Shown here one piece after another: positions 61,480 through 64,000 of a stretch of DNA of 64,000 bases. The notes beneath the pieces are model-generated. The model made no database searches. It worked only from the letters and a program-made list of their open reading frames with translations, and was not told the origin of the DNA. Origin of the DNA: Camelus ferus (lineage: Eukaryota); assembly GCF_009834535.1 (NCBI RefSeq), contig NC_045696.1:97094001-97158000 (forward strand), written 5' to 3'. A program made the position numbers and the translations under genes. Each line of letters begins with the position of its first letter. The first letter of the stretch is position 1.

Positions 61480-63290
61480 TCAAGAATTCATCTCTCCCCC
61501 TTTTAGTCCCTGAGTGGGGTCTCAGGTCTCAGGAACCAGGCCAATCACCTAAAGGCTTTGGCACTGAGAACCTTGGCCCTGCCATTCTCTCCACTCCATC
61601 TCCTTCCATTTCCCAGCAACACAAGCATCACTCTGGAGGACCATCTTGTTCCTTGGCCACGTTCTTCCTGAACTTCTTCATTTCTCATGACCTTCCCCTA
61701 ATCTCAAGCTCATCCATTCCTGCACACAAACCTTTTATCTACCTTTTGTAATTAGGTTTATTTATTTATTTCATTTATCTGTTTTTTTTAAATGGAGGTA
61801 CCGGAAATTGAACCCAGGACTTTGTGCATGCTACGCACGCACTCTACCACTGAGCTACACACCCCACTCCAGCAAATCTTTCACTAATTCAAAAGTCCCA
61901 TTTCCTGCCCTCAACCTCCTCTCCTTCCAGTGCCTTGGCTTGAATGGTCCTGGTTGACCTCCCCTGCCCTTTTCATCCATTAACCCCTCACTCCCTTCCT
62001 GGACAATGAATGCCCCTCACTCAAGGACAGGGAATAAACAATTCACATCTCCAAACACCCTCCCTCTTCCTGCTACTTGAATTCCACCATTCTCTTCAAA
62101 TCTCCACCACCATAATATGACGGAGGACATCCCTTCTGCTTTCATAGGCAAATCTCCCTAAATGCATTCTGGTTCCTCCCTCCACAGCTCTTCTAAGAAA
62201 CCTCATGCTACTCAGCTCCTGCCCCTATTTGCTTATACGTTTTCAATCTGATTCTTGCAACTGGATCCTTCCTATCGTCAACTGTTAAGCGTGTCCCAAT
62301 CATTCTTGACTAAATTCTTCCCCGTGTGACGATACAACAGGCACTGTTCTAGTCTCACCTCCTTGCTCATTCTTCCCACCAGACGTGTCCACATTTCCTC
62401 TCTTGGTGGGCTCATCCTTGTTTCTTAGCCCTTTCTCATCTGGTTTCTGCCCCCCGCCCCCTCCTAATGTCTCCAGTGGACTCAGCTCCATGTGGCTAAA
62501 CCCAGTGACTGCTCTTCAGTCCTTATTGTCCTTGACTTCTCAGGAGCATCTGACACACTTGTCCACCCCCTTCCTTGCCTCCTTTCCCCACTTAGAAGTT
62601 AAACTTTTCGAAAACAGGCCTTGTCTGTCTTGTACCTGCTGGATCTACATCCTAGAACAGCCTGGCACATGGTAGGTTCTCATTAAATATTTATTCAATG
62701 AACGAATGAGTCAATTGTGTAAATTCTCATCTCATTGTAGTACATGAAGAAAAGTACAACTGGAAAAGGACATATGATTGGGGGGGAGGTCTACCCTCAC
62801 ATTAGGGAATAGCACAGGGGCGGGAAGGCGTCTCATTTCCGCACTCTCACTCTCTCCAACTTTTCTTTCCATCTCTCCAACCTATCCTTCCCAATCTCCT
62901 TTGCCAGATGTGTTCCCCCTCTCTCACCCTGATGTGCCATTCCTCAGGAATTGTTCCAGGACCCCATTTTCTTCTCACCTTACAGCCCCTCTCTAGGTAA
63001 GGTAAGCAGTGCCCTCTACCATCTACATACCCATGTGACCTTTAGTTACACTAGTCCTTTCTTCTGAGCTCCAGACCCATTTATCCAGTATATCCCTGCC
63101 TGCTCAACATCTCTACCTGCATGTCCTGGAAGCACTCAAATGCAACATGTCCAAAATTAAGCAGACAAACTAGCACTTCCGCATTCCCCATATTTGCTTA
63201 TTTTCCATCATTCTTTGTCTCAGCAAGTGATGCCACATTCTGCCTAGTTACTCACGCTTCCTTCCCCTCTAACCCTCCTCCCCAGAATTA
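61480..63290 (+). mobile_element. Degenerate L2 LINE fragments (interrupted by a SINE)
   Basis: ctcttcagtccttattgtccttgacttctcaggagcatctgacac; tail cctagaacagcctggcacatggtaggttctcattaaatatttattcaatgaacgaatga; ctgagctccagacccatttatcca...aaatgcaacatgtccaaaat. Confidence 0.7.
61748..61870 (-). mobile_element. Camelid tRNA-derived SINE (Vic-1 type)
   Basis: Minus strand: GGGGTGTGTAGCTCAGTGGTAGAGTGCGTGCGTAGCATGCACAAAGTCCTGGGTTCAATTTCCGGTACCTCCATT-A-rich-AATAAACCTAATTAC, with pol III A and B boxes. Confidence 0.9.
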
Positions 63291-63639
63291 GGAAGAGTGA
63301 TCTCAGGCATTGTCTGTTATAATAAATGGGATTCTGTCTCTCTTAGGCCCCTCATTCTTTTTTTCCCTATCTACTAGATATAGGTAAATCCCAATCATAG
63401 TACACATATACAACTTTCTTTTACATTTTTCTGTATCTGGAGTAATTAATTGCCTCTTTTTTTGTTGTTGTTGTCATTTCACTTGTTTACTGGCTAGGTC
63501 TTCCCATACCTCAAATAGCTCTAGAAATCATTTCTCAGTACAAAACGTTTTACTTTGTCAGACTTGTTACATTGTCCATCCAATCCATTTTTCTTCTAGG
63601 TATATTTCCTTTAGAGTCCTCTCTTCTCTCCTTCTCTTC

Positions 63640-64000
63640 TCTCCCTGTTCCCCTTATTCTTGGGCCCCATGTCTTCTTTTCTTGGTTTGCTCTCATTTTA
63701 ATGAAGCATTTCCTTTGGTAGCTTCTGGGAAGCATCAAAAGTAAATTTTTGAGACAACATGTCTGAAATGTCCTTAGTTTATCCTCATATAAAGGTACTA
63801 ATTTGCCTGAGTATAGAATTTCAGGTTGAAAATAATTTTCCATCAACATTTTGAACTTATTTTACTGTCTTTTATTTTTAAATGTTGTGGTTGAGAAGTC
63901 TGATGTCTGCTTTCCAGTTCTTGTAAGTGACATGCTTTCTCTCTGGAAGATTTTTAGCTCCTCCATTTAGCAGTGGGAAGATCCTAAATTTTGTGGTGGG
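63640..64000 (-). mobile_element. Old L1 ORF1 C-terminal remnant
   Basis: ORF 63550-63849 gives LMENYFQPEILYSGKLVPLYEDKLRTF, resembling L1 ORF1p (LKENNFQPRILYPAKLSFKYEGEIKTF). Confidence 0.75.

Noticed and set aside
61790..61866. tRNA-like sequence
   Set aside because: It is a SINE head followed by an A-rich tail, not a tRNA gene.
1591..63732. Numerous TTCYNRGAA (STAT5-type) motifs
   Set aside because: They are dispersed, several lie in repeats, and the motif is common in mammalian DNA. Enrichment cannot be claimed without a background model.
1..64000. CRISPR arrays, operons or prokaryotic defence systems
   Set aside because: The sequence is mammalian, with no regularly spaced direct repeats and no long coding ORFs.

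Overview
Mammalian, repeat-rich, gene-poor genomic DNA (intergenic or long-intron). It is almost certainly camelid (alpaca/llama/camel): a Vic-1-type tRNA-derived SINE lies at 61.75-61.87 kb and several young L1 3' ends are of artiodactyl/camelid type. I recognise no known protein-coding gene, RNA gene or CRISPR array. The listed ORFs are chance ORFs or decayed L1 ORF1/ORF2 pieces. A large share of the window is transposon-derived: L1 of several ages (some nested, with intact target-site duplications), L2, MIR, MaLR/ERVL/ERV1 solo LTRs and hAT-Charlie MITEs (MER20, MER20B, MER3, MER5). The unique sequence holds an orphan CpG island (~11.05-11.72 kb) between MER20B and MER20, smaller CpG-retaining motif-dense patches (~6.9, 29.5, 39.5, 43.55 kb), CTCF-like sites and several well-formed splice-site cassettes. 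The most notable, still speculative, signal is a chain of four minus-strand exons (4416->677), including a 15-nt microexon, that splice in frame to a 73-aa Gly-rich hydrophobic peptide. Repeat subfamily names come from remembered consensus sequences and need RepeatMasker/Dfam confirmation. Boundaries without a TSD are approximate.
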